Shown one piece after another: positions 32,829-57,636 of a stretch of DNA of 64,000 nucleotides. Source of the stretch: Macrostomum hystrix (lineage: Eukaryota > Animalia > Platyhelminthes); the NCBI GenBank assembly GCA_950097015.1, contig CATNEN010000001.1:18786001-18850000 (forward strand). Direction: 5' to 3'. The translations under genes and the position numbers were made by a program. Each line of letters begins with the position of its first letter. Positions within the stretch are counted from its first letter, which is position 1. The notes below the pieces were generated by a model. The model had not been told where the DNA came from and did no database searches. It saw only the letters and a program-made list of their open reading frames with translations.

Positions 32829-35800
32829 TCAAGCATGAATCCAGGCCGCTCTCTGTTCCTCTATCGTCTCCATGGCAACAAGTCGTCCGAAGTCTGCTGC
32901 AGTCCGCCAGAGTCTGGCCCGTGCCCACAACTTCCGCTCCTCGTTCTCTGCACTGGAGTGAATGTCGCTGTCCCTGCCTCTTCGATTTGACACTCTCAGC
33001 AGCTTCTCTCTGACCCAGCGGATCTTCTCAAAGTCCTGCGTCTCCATGGCGACGCGTCTCTCGTCTCTGAGCATCTCCATCTGCCGCAAGTTGAACTCCA
33101 CATGTTCGCGGCGGTCGCTGTAATGGGCCAGTGTGAGCAGCTCCCCCAAGTCCGGGTCCTCTTGCAGCTCTGAGAGCCACGCATCGAAGTCGATTGCTGT
33201 GCAATTGCGGAGCAGCTCAGCTTGGAGACTCTAGCTCAGGCAGCGGAAGTTCACGTACAGGTGGGAGGAGCGAGGCTGTGACAGTCTGGCTGTGAGCAGA
33301 GTCTGCGTGAACTCGGGAAGGAATGCGAATCGAGGCGGAGTGTCTGTGGGGAGGCAGAACCTCCACGCCCAGTCCGAGTCTTGAGGCACTCTGATATCCG
33401 ACTGCACTATTTGAGTGTCACACGGCCCCCATCCGTTTTGAAGGGTGTGACTTTGCAGCTCCATCAGGAGTCTCTCAGCCTCCTCGGAGTCTCCGAACTT
33501 CCGATGCGCCATGGCAGTCATGCTCAGGGCAGTGCACTTGCACCACCGCCGCAGATGATCCAGCAGACTGAGTTGCCTCATCAAGGTGACTCTGTCACAT
33601 GACCCTGACTGCAGCTCGGCCATGCACTGCTGCACCACGCTGAACACATCAACAAAATGTCTTATCTTCTCATTCCGAATTTCCGAGACGTCAGGAAGCG
33701 TTTTCAGGGGGAGCAGAGTGAACGGATGAAAGTAGAAGTTCTCTGACTGCAGTGGTCTCACAAGTCTCCTCATCTGCTCAACCACTCCGCCGATGTCGCT
33801 TCTCAGCTCTCTCAGTCGGTCTCGAACCCTCGCCTTCGTGTTGTCGAAGTCGCCCCCTACTCCAGCGTTCTTGAAGTAGAGCGGAGCGTCGGACATGAAG
33901 AAGTGCGGCATGCACTCATCGGGTGAGCTGCTTGAGTCGATGAAGCTCAGCATCATGTCGAGAGACTCCTTCAGTCGTGAGATCAGATTCCGAGGCTGCC
34001 AAGCAGTTTTATCTGTTCTGCGATGCTTCTCTAGCATGAAGAAGAGCAGAGTCTTTGCATGGTAAGTCTTGAGTCCAGGTGTGTCCAAAGAGAGTGGCAA
34101 GTATCTCTTGAAAATGAACTTGATGAGCGTGAAGAGCTGACCTTGTACAGTGTTCAGCTGGCTCATTGTACTTTTCTCGTGGAAACTGAAGCTCACTCTG
34201 AGCTCGTTTGTCGAGTTCGGTCTGGTTGCCCTCACGAGATGCACTGGGTCAAGGTCATCGTCTTCTCTTCGTCTTATGAGTGACTTGATCCTCTCATCAC
34301 ACAATGAGCTGCAGCACCGGAGGGCATGGCAGGTGTCCTGAGCAGGTCGCACACCGCATGCGTCAGCTCTCACAGCAGGTTGGTTTCCTATGGAACGATT
34401 GTGGCCTGAGTCATTCAAATCGATAGATCGAAGATTGATTCATAAAATAGGGAATGTGGAGTTTATGCTGAACTGAAGCCTAGTTCAAAATGTAGCAATG
34501 ATAATTCTCTCTTAAAATTAATGTACAGGAAGCGCCAACATGGACGCGTTCTCACCCAATCCAACGGCCACCTGAGCATGGCCTTCCGTGACCAATAGCT
34601 TTGCCGTGACACCGTGACACTTGCAGCCGTCCTGCAGATGAAACTCGTTGCCTTCAACCAGCACAGTCCAGTCGATGTCGGAGTCTGTCGCTGTCCTGCC
34701 GTTCACTTGCACCAGACTGTTGGCCCAGCCCTCTGCGTAGCTGCCTGTCATCCACCTGTCATCGTGGGCGAGGACTCCAGCAACTTCCTCCAGCCATTCG
34801 GCCATTCTCTGCTGGCACTCCACTCTCTCTCTCGTGAATCCCGCCTCGTTGAGTAGTGCGTGCAGTTCCTCACTGAGCAGACCGTCTTCTGGTGTGACAT
34901 TTCTGAGGAGCGCGATTGGGTGGGATAACTGGTCTACTCACAGATGGAAGTCTGGGAGCATTCTTCGGCCTACACAGACCTGCAATCTGTCGTTATCGAG
35001 AATGTTAAACTGCGCTTCGGTCAATCAGAGTTTATGGTGCTCAAGGAACTTTTTGATTACCTAATAAAAACCGCAGGTATACGACAACTGGTACATAAAG
35101 TTAGCTGTGTAAAATAATACATACGAAATGAGTCGCGAATTATCGACTCGCAACCTGCTGTTGTGACCCTGAGGTGCCAGAATTTCTGAAAAGAACGACA
35201 GGATTGTCTTTTAAGTGCACCGAGACACACACACAAGAATCCACATATTCTACGAATTTTGTATATTGCGAGTTAGCATTGCTACTATGCATTAAATTAT
35301 GAGTTCTACTCGTAATTGCAGCATGTCTTGTGTTTTTTGTGTTTATTTCCCAACAAAAATGTGAGGAACGGGTATCCAAAAAGTATTATACTCCCTACTG
35401 CTCACTCACCTGACAGTCTGGGGCTTCAGCAGACGCAGCAGCTCCGTGTGTCCCAGCTGCTCCGCCACCCGCGCACACGTCAGACCCCGACAGTCCCGAT
35501 GACTCGCATCCGCTCCTTTGCCCATCAGAGTCTGAGCTGCTCGCACGTGACCCGCTTCACAAGCTCGCAACAGAGCTGTCCGACCCTGACTGTCTTCAGC
35601 TTGCACTGACGTCCCGAGATCCAACAGTTTCTTCATGAGAGCGTGATGACCTGCATCAGCTGCCAGCATGAGAGCAGTGGCTCCTGTGTCGTCTGGCAAA
35701 TCGACATGTTCTCTATTGAATCGTTCGTAATCGTTTGACTGCCTTTAAGCACCGATCATTCTCATACTTGTCGTCCAGTGTCTCCATTGAGAAGATTTCT

Positions 35801-35872
35801 TCACTTCGCTTAAGCTTTTTATCAAAGCACATATGCGCCAACTTCCGGAATCGAGAGCAGAGTAGGGAGTTC
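32829..35872 (-). pseudogene. Ankyrin repeat + Mab-21/cGAS-like nucleotidyltransferase (cGLR-like) gene with disabling lesions
   Basis: Exons ~35872-35410 (ANK: GATALMLAADAGH, GRTALLRACEAGH), 35185-35155, 34979-34556 (GSYAEG...DSDID), 34387-32829 (LRVSFSFHEK, KTYHAKTLLF, CMPHFFM); junctions are GT-AG and in phase. In-frame TGA at 34940-34938, in-frame TAG at 33233-33231, probable 10-bp frameshifting insertion at ~35719-35735. The 5' end is not resolved. Confidence 0.82.
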
Positions 35873-36252
35873 CTGTCACAGTAAGTTTTATGATTTATTC
35901 AGTAATTTTCCTGCTCATTTAAAGCTTTTTTTGAACTTAAACTGACCTGTTTATTGACTACTTCATAACTACCTCTGGCCTACCGGTTCATTTGGGCAGA
36001 AAGTGAAAACTACTTATCTCTATAATGTATTTTTGGCGAAAACCAGCATATTCAACTTTTCTAAGAAATTACTAGTTCTTCTACTTCTAGTGGTCATCGG
36101 GTTCAGCACAATCGAATGACATTCCTCACCTGTGGCTGCAGTGCACACGGAGTGAAGTCACTCATAGAAACTATGAGTGATCATTTCGCTCTAACTGCGG
36201 TTCCCTATGACGGATTGGGAGTTTAAGAAGAGATTGACTTTGCGTAGTCTGA

Positions 36253-36365
36253 GATCACTCGATCATCAGGGAGTGCTTGGTCTGGGATCACTCGATCAAC
36301 AGGGAGTGCTTGGTCTGGGATCACTCGATCATCAGGGAGTGCTTGGTCTGAGATCACTCGATCAT
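36253..36365. repeat. 33-bp repeat, about 3.4 copies
   Basis: GATCACTCGATCATCAGGGAGTGCTTGGTCTGG. Confidence 0.85.
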
Positions 36366-37799
36366 AACAAAGACTAGGCGAAGCAGTAGCTTAAGGCGAA
36401 AAGTAGCTGAAATTCAAAACCTGAATTTAAAGAAAGAAATATAGTTTTTTGTTTTGGGGTTCTGCTTGTCAGTTGCGACTTGCGCTTTTCTGAAACACAG
36501 AATGTCTAGATGTCTAGCAAATGCAATGACAAGAAACAGTTGGCATGGAAGCGCTCGATTACTAGCCTGTTCCCCGTTCCCCGGTAAGTAACTAGACAAG
36601 CCATTCTTAGTCAGCGTTCTTCACTTTTTAAAAACTTTATTATCGCCAAGCAATAGCTATGGCATTGGCTGCCCAGCATATGATTATTTGAATTCAAAGC
36701 AAGTGATTGCACAACAAAAAGAGAGGAATAGTAGATAATTTACCTCAATATTTAACCGTCCCTTACCGTCCAAACAATATTTTGAGGTTTGGGGCCCACA
36801 ATTATCATTTTTAGGCCAGTTGTTTTACATCTTGCATTCCCTGCTCTACTTTCCCTGGTAACTAGACAATCATCTTAGAGTCATCAAGATTTCACTGCGT
36901 TAACTTAAGATCAATTTAAACGATTACCTTTTTTGGTTTTCAGACATAAGACTCACTAACATTAATGAATGCATTTACACGTAAGCTACATGTCTCTCAA
37001 GACTTTATATTTGAAACTCATTTGGCGTTCATGTTGCCTTTAAGCTTTGCAATAAATCTAATTTAGAAGCGTAATAATTTTCACTTCTCCACTGAAAGTT
37101 AGGTGCAAGCGTCGGCAAGTTTTACACTTGGAATAAAAAGCTTGGAAACTGTCTTGCAGCTTAAGTATTTATACGTTTTCTATTAGCTTGTCAAATTAAT
37201 TACAGTTTTGTAGGTTTAAAAAAGTAATAATACTACTTATATTTCTCAGGACTGAAAGTTATATACTTTAACATCGAATTTAGTGATATTAAGCTTTAAA
37301 TATTTGTTTGTCTATTATCGCCAAGCGTACATATTGATGCGCATGGTTTTAAATTTTGAGAATAATCGTTTTTCTGTGGCTTTATTGGTTACTGGTTACT
37401 GGGGCAGCTATCCGTCATTGTTATTTATTATTTATTTTTTATATAAAATTTAGGTTCAGGAGACCTGTGGTTAGAATCAGTAAAACTACATTTTTCTTTA
37501 CAGAACAAAGTGTGCAACTGCCAAACTCCGATACATTTCTCTTACAGTTGCATCGTTCAGTGATATTTTACAGTAGCTCAGTTGAGCAAAATTAGATATT
37601 TATTTAGCCAATTAGCCAATACGAAGGGGAAACATAAGGCTCAACGTATTGAGTGTAAACTTTGATTCTTTTGATTAAAGTAGCCTTTAAAGTAATAGTT
37701 AGCAAATTAATAATATTTTTATAACAAGTTTTTCTTGATTATCCATGAGGAAATAAAAATCCGATTTAACATTTAAATCTAGTATATTGTGAAAAAATT

Positions 37800-50256
<12,457 letters not shown>

Positions 50257-50258
50257 AT

Positions 50259-50260
<2 letters not shown>

Positions 50261-50302
<42 letters not shown>
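50261..50302 (+). repeat. (CTG)14 microsatellite starting 4 nt after the calcineurin stop
   Basis: Direct observation. Confidence 0.95.
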
Positions 50303-50887
50303 ATTCTGATTAGAATTCTGAGGACAATTAAAATGTTGGCTGCCTTTACAATCAACAACATGATTATAATTGTCAATACAAAATATATAAATCTCTATCC
50401 TAGATAGCTGAAATGTTTTGGTGATTTGTTATAGCCAAAGCAAATTGTTTTTAATTTCATTAGAAAGTTAAGACTGCAGTCTGCAAAACAATGTCCAACC
50501 TTTAATGACTTACCTTTACTTTAATGCCACTTTAGTCCTTTTGCTATCACGCTTATCAACTTCAAGCAAGCTCTAGTAGTCATTAAGTTGCGGCAGTAAA
50601 TGCTCTTTACAATATTCTGTGCTGACTACTGCTGCCCTACTATATTTTAGTTTAAATGAGTAGTGTATTGCAAATATTAACTATGCATCGTGTTATATCC
50701 AAATTTTGTGCGTTAGTTCATTTTTTGTGTCGCTGTTGATGCGAAAGAGAATTTGGACTAGAATTTTTCTACTTTATTCAACGAAACTATAGTTATTATT
50801 ATTTTGTGTTTTGTGTACTAGTTCTGTGTACATAGACAATAAATAGTATATCGGTTGGTAGGTTACAGATAGATACAGTTTTCCATG

Positions 50888-51386
50888 CTGATTCAGGTGT
50901 TAGACGTGGATTCAGGTGTTAGACGTGGATTCAGGTGTTAGACATGGATTCGGGTGTTAGACATGGACTCAGGTGTTAGAGATGGATTCAGGTGTTAGAG
51001 ATGGATTCAGGTGTTAGACATGGATTCAGGTGTTAGACATGGATTCGGGTGTTAGACATGGATTCAGGTGTTAGACATGGATTCGGATGTTAGACATGGA
51101 CTCAGGTGTTAGAGATGGATTCAGGTGTTAGACATGGATTCGGGTGTTAGACATTGATTCAGGTGTTAGACATGGATTCGGGTGTTAGACATGGATTTAA
51201 GTGTTAGACATGGATTCAAGTGTTAGAGATGGATTCGGGTATTAGACATGGATTCAAGTGTTAGAGATGGATTCGGGTGTTAGACATGGATTCAAGTGTT
51301 AGAGATGGATTCAGGTGTTAGACATGGATTCAGGTGTTAGACATGGATTCGGGTGTTAGAAATGGATTCAGGTGTTAGACATGGAT
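50888..51386. repeat. 19-bp minisatellite (GGATTCAGGTGTTAGACAT)n
   Basis: About 26 units. Confidence 0.95.
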
Positions 51387-51786
51387 ATCAAATTTCTTGC
51401 AGAATTCGAAAACAATCCATTGTGATATTTTATAAGGCACTATTATTATACATGTTTATTAAAACTTGTAACGTTCTTTTCATAATATAGACCTTTTATT
51501 TGTTATAACCACACTGCAGGCAGATTTTTATACCGTTTTTTACGTTTTAAAAAAAGTTTACCTCCTTTTTATTGTCTAGTAAAGATTTTGACTTGCTTTT
51601 CTCACTGTCAATCAGAAAATATTTGCGTTTTAAAAATGTTGTTTTAAATCTATTAACTAAACCACATATTTTAGTTCGTGTTGTTCTCTTGTGGATAATT
51701 AAATGTCTGACAGTTAATTTCCTATGTTAGGCAAGGTTGTTATTCCTATTATAAAAAGCGATGTTTGTTTCAGATATGGTTGTCTC

Positions 51787-52175
51787 TGTTAGACATAGTC
51801 GTATAAACCGACATGTTAGACATATAAACAAACATGTTAGACATATAAACCAACATGTTAGACATATAAACCCACATGTTAGACATATAAACCCACATGT
51901 TAGACATATAAACCCACATGTTAGACATATAAACCAACATGTTAGACATATAAACCAACATGTTAGACATATAAACCAACATGTTAGACATATAAACCCA
52001 CATGTTAGACATATAAACCCACATGTTAGACATATAAACCAACATGTTAGACATATAAACCAACATTTTAGACATATAAACCAACATGTTAGACATATAA
52101 ACCAACATGTTAGACATATAAACCAACATGTTAGACATATAAACCAACATGTTAGACATATAAACCCACATATAA
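51787..52175. repeat. 21-bp minisatellite (TGTTAGACATATAAACCAACA)n
   Basis: About 18 units. Confidence 0.95.
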
Positions 52176-52900
52176 AACGGACATGATAATCAATTTGCAG
52201 CAAGGGTTGTGCCATAGACAATGTGGCTGAGATTGCCTTGTAATTTATTCCCCAGTTGGATTGGCGCATAGACCAGATAAATTTATTTATTTGGCCGTTG
52301 AAATTTATCTGGCCGGGACAGATAAACATTTATCTGGTCCGGTGACAATTATCTGGCTTCAACTGTGGAATAAATACATTATCACCCACTTGTTTGACTT
52401 ATCTATGGCCGGGAACGGCTGAGGACTCGTTTATTGGCCGAGGCGAAGCCGATAAAATATAAAGGCTTTTATAAAGACGATAAACCGATAAAAATAAATA
52501 AAAAAGTGGGTGATAACTTATACTTATTCGATAATTTATCGCTTGTTCTTCTACGCCTTGAAAGTAGCTGTTTTATATTTGATAAATGTTATATATTTTA
52601 TCGTCAGCAGCCCAAACGTGCCTGTCGCTTGTACATGTAGACAGTAATCAGTTGTCTGCGGACTCGATTCACCTTGTTCAATTAAAGTTGAATTGTTGTA
52701 ATTTTGTGTCACACTTTCAGAATACGCTATTGAGAAAGCTTTATTTTTTAGATTTCTTTTTGTTTGCCGTCTCTCTACCTATTTGAGTTTAGTGGTCTAC
52801 TTTCCTAATCATAAATGCATTCTTCCTTTCATTACCGATTTTAATAGTCTGTGCTTCTTCTAATTGAATCAACTATTTATGGTTCAATTAAGATACTACA

Positions 52901-53172
52901 TTAGATCGACGAATTCCTAGATCGATGAATTCCTAGATCGATGAATTCCTGGATCGACGAATTCTTAGATCAGTGAATTCTTAAATCGATGAATTCTTAG
53001 ATCAGTGAATTCCTTCATCGACGAATTCCAAAATCGACGAATTCCTAGATCGATGAATTCCTGGATCGACGAATTCTTAGATCAGTGAATTCTTAAATCG
53101 ATGAATTCTTAGATCAGTGAATTCCTTCATCGACGAATTCTTAGATCGACGAATTCCTGGGTCGACGGATTT
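52901..53172. repeat. 17-bp palindrome-rich repeat (TAGATCGACGAATTCCT)n
   Basis: About 16 units, containing GAATTC and ATCGAT. Confidence 0.9.
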
Positions 53173-53803
53173 CTTATCCTAATTGATTGACACTTTTTAC
53201 AAATCTTTTAATCAAATATTCAAATCCAAAGCATATTTTACGGCTTTAACCAATAATTGATTACGCAAAGTTAGTTCAATATAGCGTTACATTTTTTTAT
53301 TATGCGAACAAGTTTATATTTTTCTATCAATGAATTTTCAGTCGCACTATGCTTACCAGGGCTACTGTACACTCTGCTTAAATATTACATATGAAACTTG
53401 TGAGGGTCCTATTACATCTCAGTACAGTTTTCGAAAAAAATTACTATCCTTTTTTACTACAAAAAATAATTACTGTACTTAACATATTACTTTCTCTGTA
53501 CACAGTAGTATATAGCAATACTACGATTTCTGTAATTTTGAAATTTGTATAACGTAATCTATTAACCTATTGTTGTTGTTATAACTGTACGATCGTCGTT
53601 TAAGTGTTCCTATTTTTCCGAAACGTCCAAAATAAAACTCTATATTAATATATGTTCTGTAACCAACTAACTTATAACATATATCAAACACTATTTATCC
53701 ATACACACACACATGAAATGTGTAACACGCATCACGCAAATGTGTCCATTGAGACAGAGAATCTGAGATATGCTTGCTTATGAGCATTTGTTGGTTCTTT
53801 AAA

Positions 53804-54345
53804 GTTGAGTACAGCTGATCTAGTCTATATCTACAGTGTTGAGTACAGCTGATCTAGTCTATATCTACAGTGTTGAGTACAGCTGATCTAGTCTATATCT
53901 ACAGTGTTGAGTACAGCTGATCTAGTCTATATCTACAGTGTTGAGTACAGCTGATCTAGTCTATATCTACAGTGTTGAGTACAGCTGATCTAGTCTATAT
54001 CTACAGTGTTGAGCACAGCTGATCTAGTCTATATCTACAGTGTTTAGTACAGCTGATCTGGTCTATATCTACAGTGTTGAGTACAGCTGATCTAGTCTAT
54101 ATCTACAGTGTTGAGTACAGCTGATCTAGTCTATATCTACAGTGTTGAGTACAGCTGATCTAGTCTATATCTACAGTGTTGAGTACAGCTGATCTAGTCT
54201 ATATCTACAGTGTTGAGCACAGCTGATCTAGTCTATATCTAAAGTGTTGAGTACAGCTGATATAGTCTATATCTACAGTGTTTAGTACAGCTGATCTAGT
54301 CTATATCTACAGTGTTGAGTACAGCTGATCTAGTCTATATCTACA
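53804..54345. repeat. 34-bp minisatellite
   Basis: GTTGAGTACAGCTGATCTAGTCTATATCTACAGT, 16 units. Confidence 0.96.
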
Positions 54346-54846
54346 AGTATATTTTGTTTTAGCAAGGCAACAAGTTAGGTTTTATAAACAAATGATTTTC
54401 CTATTTTTTTTGAACTGGTAGTAGATATCAACAGCATTTTTAGTGCTTTGATCGCAAACTAAAAACGTTTAGATTTTATTTGTTTTTAAAGCAACTCGTA
54501 ATTAAGTTGCTATCAATCGCTTGAAAATAATAAAACCAATGCTTCTGGAATGACAATATCAGTGGCAGTGTCTGTTAATAATCGGACTATTCTTTTCCTA
54601 TCAATTGAAACGTGGTAAAGAATCAATAAAACACTCGTGATACTACTAGTTAGTAAAATAGTGCTGTGGATTTAATTAACAAAATAATAAAAAGACATTT
54701 TTTTAACACGCACTTGTCACGAAGGCTTGAACAGATATTGCAGATAGTTGTGGGTTTTGTGTTTTGCTAGCATTGCCAGTATACAACATATTAATAAATT
54801 TATTAAACAAGTTATCTAGTTTTTATGCCAGCAAAACTTGTCGACA

Positions 54847-57636
54847 TCAGTACTTGTGGCTTTCAGTGCCTCCGTGACCATAGCCTGCAGAGGTTCAGGT
54901 GGAATGTGTTCAACACTAATGGCATGCACTTCAGGAGTCACTTCAGTCCCTCACTCTGGACTTCAGGGCCTCAGGAATGCTTGTCACTTCAGTCCCTCAC
55001 ACTGGACTTCAGGGCCTCAGGAATGCTTGTCACTTCAGTCCCTCACACTGGACTTCAGGGCCTCAGGAATGCTTGTCACTTCAGTCCCTCACACTGGACT
55101 TCAGGGCCTCAGGAATGCTTGTCACTTCAGTCCCTCACACTGGACTTCAGGGCCTCAGGAATGCTTGTCACTTCAGTCCCTCACCCTGGGATTCAGGGCC
55201 TCAGGAATGCTTGTCACTTCAGTCCCTCACCCTGGGATTCAGGGCCTCAGGAATGCTTGTCACTTCAGTCCCTCACACTGGACTTCAGGGCCTCAGGAAT
55301 GCTTGTCACTTCAGTCCCTCACACTGGACTTCAGGGCCGCAGGAATGCTTGTCACTTCAGTCCCTCACACTGGACTTCAGGGCCTCAGGAATGCTTGTCA
55401 CTTCAGTCCCTCACACTGGACTTCAGGGCCTCAGGAATGCTTGTCACTTCAGTCCCTCACACTGGACTTCAGGGCCGCAGGAATGCTTGTCACTTCAGCA
55501 ACTCGCACCCTAATAATATTCAGGGCCTCAGGAATGCTAGTCACTTCAGCAACTCGCACCTTAATAATATTCAGGGCCTCAGGAATGCTAGTCACTTCAG
55601 CAACTCTCATCTTAATCAAATTCAGGGCCTCAGGAATGCTAGTCACTTCAGCAACTCGCACCCTAATAATATTCAGGGCCTCAGGATAGCTAGTCACTTC
55701 AGCAACTCTCATCTTAATCAAATTCAGGGCCTCAGGAATGCTAGTCACTTCAGCAACTCTCATCTTAATCAAATTCAGGGCCTCAGGAATGCTAGTCACT
55801 TCAGCAACTCGCACCTTAATCAAATTCAGGGCCTCAGGAATGCTAGTCACTTCAGCAACTCGCACCTTAATCAAATTCAGGGCCTCAGGAATGCTAGTCA
55901 CTTCAGCAACTCGCACCTTAATAATATCCAGGGCCTCAGGATAGCTAGTCACTTTAAACTCTCAATTTTAATAATGATTGATTACATCTGTCCCAATCGG
56001 GCCAGATGTGCAGCCGACAGCCCAGCCGCAGCTATTGCGCGGCGCATCTGAAGACTGCGTATACAGCTGTTCAGTCCATGGACTGGGGGGACGCCACACC
56101 CACCTTCAATTATCCCAGCTAATGTTGGTACCCATTTAACAGCTGGGTGAACTGAAGCAATGCAGAGTTAAGTGTCTTGCTAAAGGACACAAATTGTTTC
56201 AGTGGAGTCGGGAATCGAACCCCCGACCTTCAAGTCGTGAGTCCGACGCCCTAACCACTAGGCTACAACCTCTTTTAAACTCTCACCTTAATAATATTCA
56301 GGGCCTCAGGATAGCTAGTGGGTGCTTCCCATCGCACATGCAGGGGGTTCAAAGTTAATATCGACATCTAGGCTTCAAGACGTCAGACACTCGGGCTGTC
56401 CCAGAAGGAAAGAGTTAAACAATGCGACTCACCTCCCGGTCCAAACAGGGCTGCATAGCAGGGCTTATTGCAGTAGGGTTTGCCGTCGTGCTGCGGAGAT
56501 AAGCAGAGCAGTCGTACACAACGCTGATTTATTTACAACCTATTTCCCAATAGCTATAGTTGAGGATAAATGAATTATTCAACTAAGATTGTCCTCATCC
56601 AACTGTCGGAACTTACCTCGGCATGGGAGCCGGCGGACAGGGTCTTGTTGCACTTCTCGCAGCGCAGACAGGGTCTGTGCCAGTCCTTGCCCAGTGACGT
56701 CACCTTTTCAGCTGCGAGCAGTTTAAATATGTCTCATTAATAGCTAATTTGGCTCAGATATTGCAGTCATGTTGCTTTTAATGCAGTTCGATTTCATTGA
56801 GAAATCCTTATCAGTGGATCGTCGACTTCTATCTGATCCTTCTCTGTGGATCGTCTATTTCTCTATCTGATTCTTCTCTGTGGATCGTCTGTTTCTATCT
56901 GATCCTTCTCTGTGGATCGTCTGTTTCTATCTGATCCTTCTCTGTGGATCGTCTATTTCTCTATCTGATTCTTCTCTGTGGATCGTCTGTTTCTATCTGA
57001 TCCTTCTCTGTGGATCGTCTATTTCTCTATCTGATCCTTCTCTGTGGATCGTCTATTTCTCTATCTGATCCTTCTCTGTGGATCGTCTATTTCTCTATCT
57101 GATCCTTCTCTGTGGATCGTCTATTTCTCTATCTGATTCTTCTCTGTGGATCGTCTGTTTCTCTATCTGATTCTTCTCTGTGGATCGTCTATTTCTCTAT
57201 CTGATCCTTCTCTGTGGATCGTCTATTTCTCTATCTGATTCTTCTCTGTGGATCGTCTATTTCTCTATCTGATCCTTCTCTGTGGATCGTCTATTTCTCT
57301 ATCTGATCCTTCTCTGTGGATCGTCTATTTCTCTATCTGATCCTTCTCTGTGGATCGTCTGTTTCTCTATCTGATCCTTCTCTGTGGATCGTCTATTTCT
57401 CTATCTGATCCTTCTCTATGGATCGTCTGTTTCTTTATCTGATTTTTCTCTGTGGATCGTTGACTTCTCTATCTGATCCTAGACAAACTTTGCAATTATA
57501 TCTAGGAATTAGGATTATATTGGAGTGTGAATCGCAGATTTATATAAAATCTGTGGAATTTATATAATTTGTGGAAATCTGTGGAAAGTCACTTACCAAA
57601 GTACACCTCTTTGTTACACTTCGGGCACTTAGGCAT
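54847..57636 (-). CDS. CRIP1: Cysteine-rich protein 1 (single LIM domain), 76 aa
   Basis: Not in the ORF track. Exons 57636-57597, 56711-56617, 56490-56433, 54884-54847 give [76 protein letters not shown]; all GT-AG and in phase. Confidence 0.96.
54935..55952. repeat. Two adjacent related minisatellites (46-bp then 51-bp units) in CRIP intron 3
   Basis: Shared core TTCAGGGCCTCAGGAATGCTWGTCACTTCAG with different spacers; switch near 55497. Confidence 0.95.
55965..56273 (-). mobile_element. Full-length tRNA-derived CORE-type SINE with 12-bp TSD
   Basis: Minus strand: A box TAGCCTAGTGG, B box GGTTCGATTCC, CORE-like TGTGTCCTTTAGCAAGACACTTAACTCT...CTGTTAAATGGG, 3' hairpin ACATCTG...CAGATGT. TSD TTTAAACTCTCA at 55953-55964 and 56274-56285. 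Confidence 0.85.
56814..57480. repeat. 32/34-bp minisatellite in CRIP intron 1
   Basis: CTATCTGATCCTTCTCTGTGGATCGTCTATTTCT, about 20 units. Confidence 0.95.

Noticed and set aside
33231-34940. Alternative genetic code or selenocysteine explaining the stops in the Mab-21 gene
   Set aside because: Two different stop codons plus a probable frameshift; neighbouring genes end normally at TGA/TAA and lack internal stops.
52270-52460. CAGATAAA/TTTATCTG palindromes and GGCCGAGGCGAAGCCGA as a transposon
   Set aside because: Suggestive of a non-autonomous DNA element remnant, but no ends or TSD could be defined.
56200-56273. Functional tRNA gene (also 38770-38830)
   Set aside because: No convincing acceptor stem, and followed by a CORE-like body; the 56.2-kb copy also has a TSD. 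These are SINE heads.
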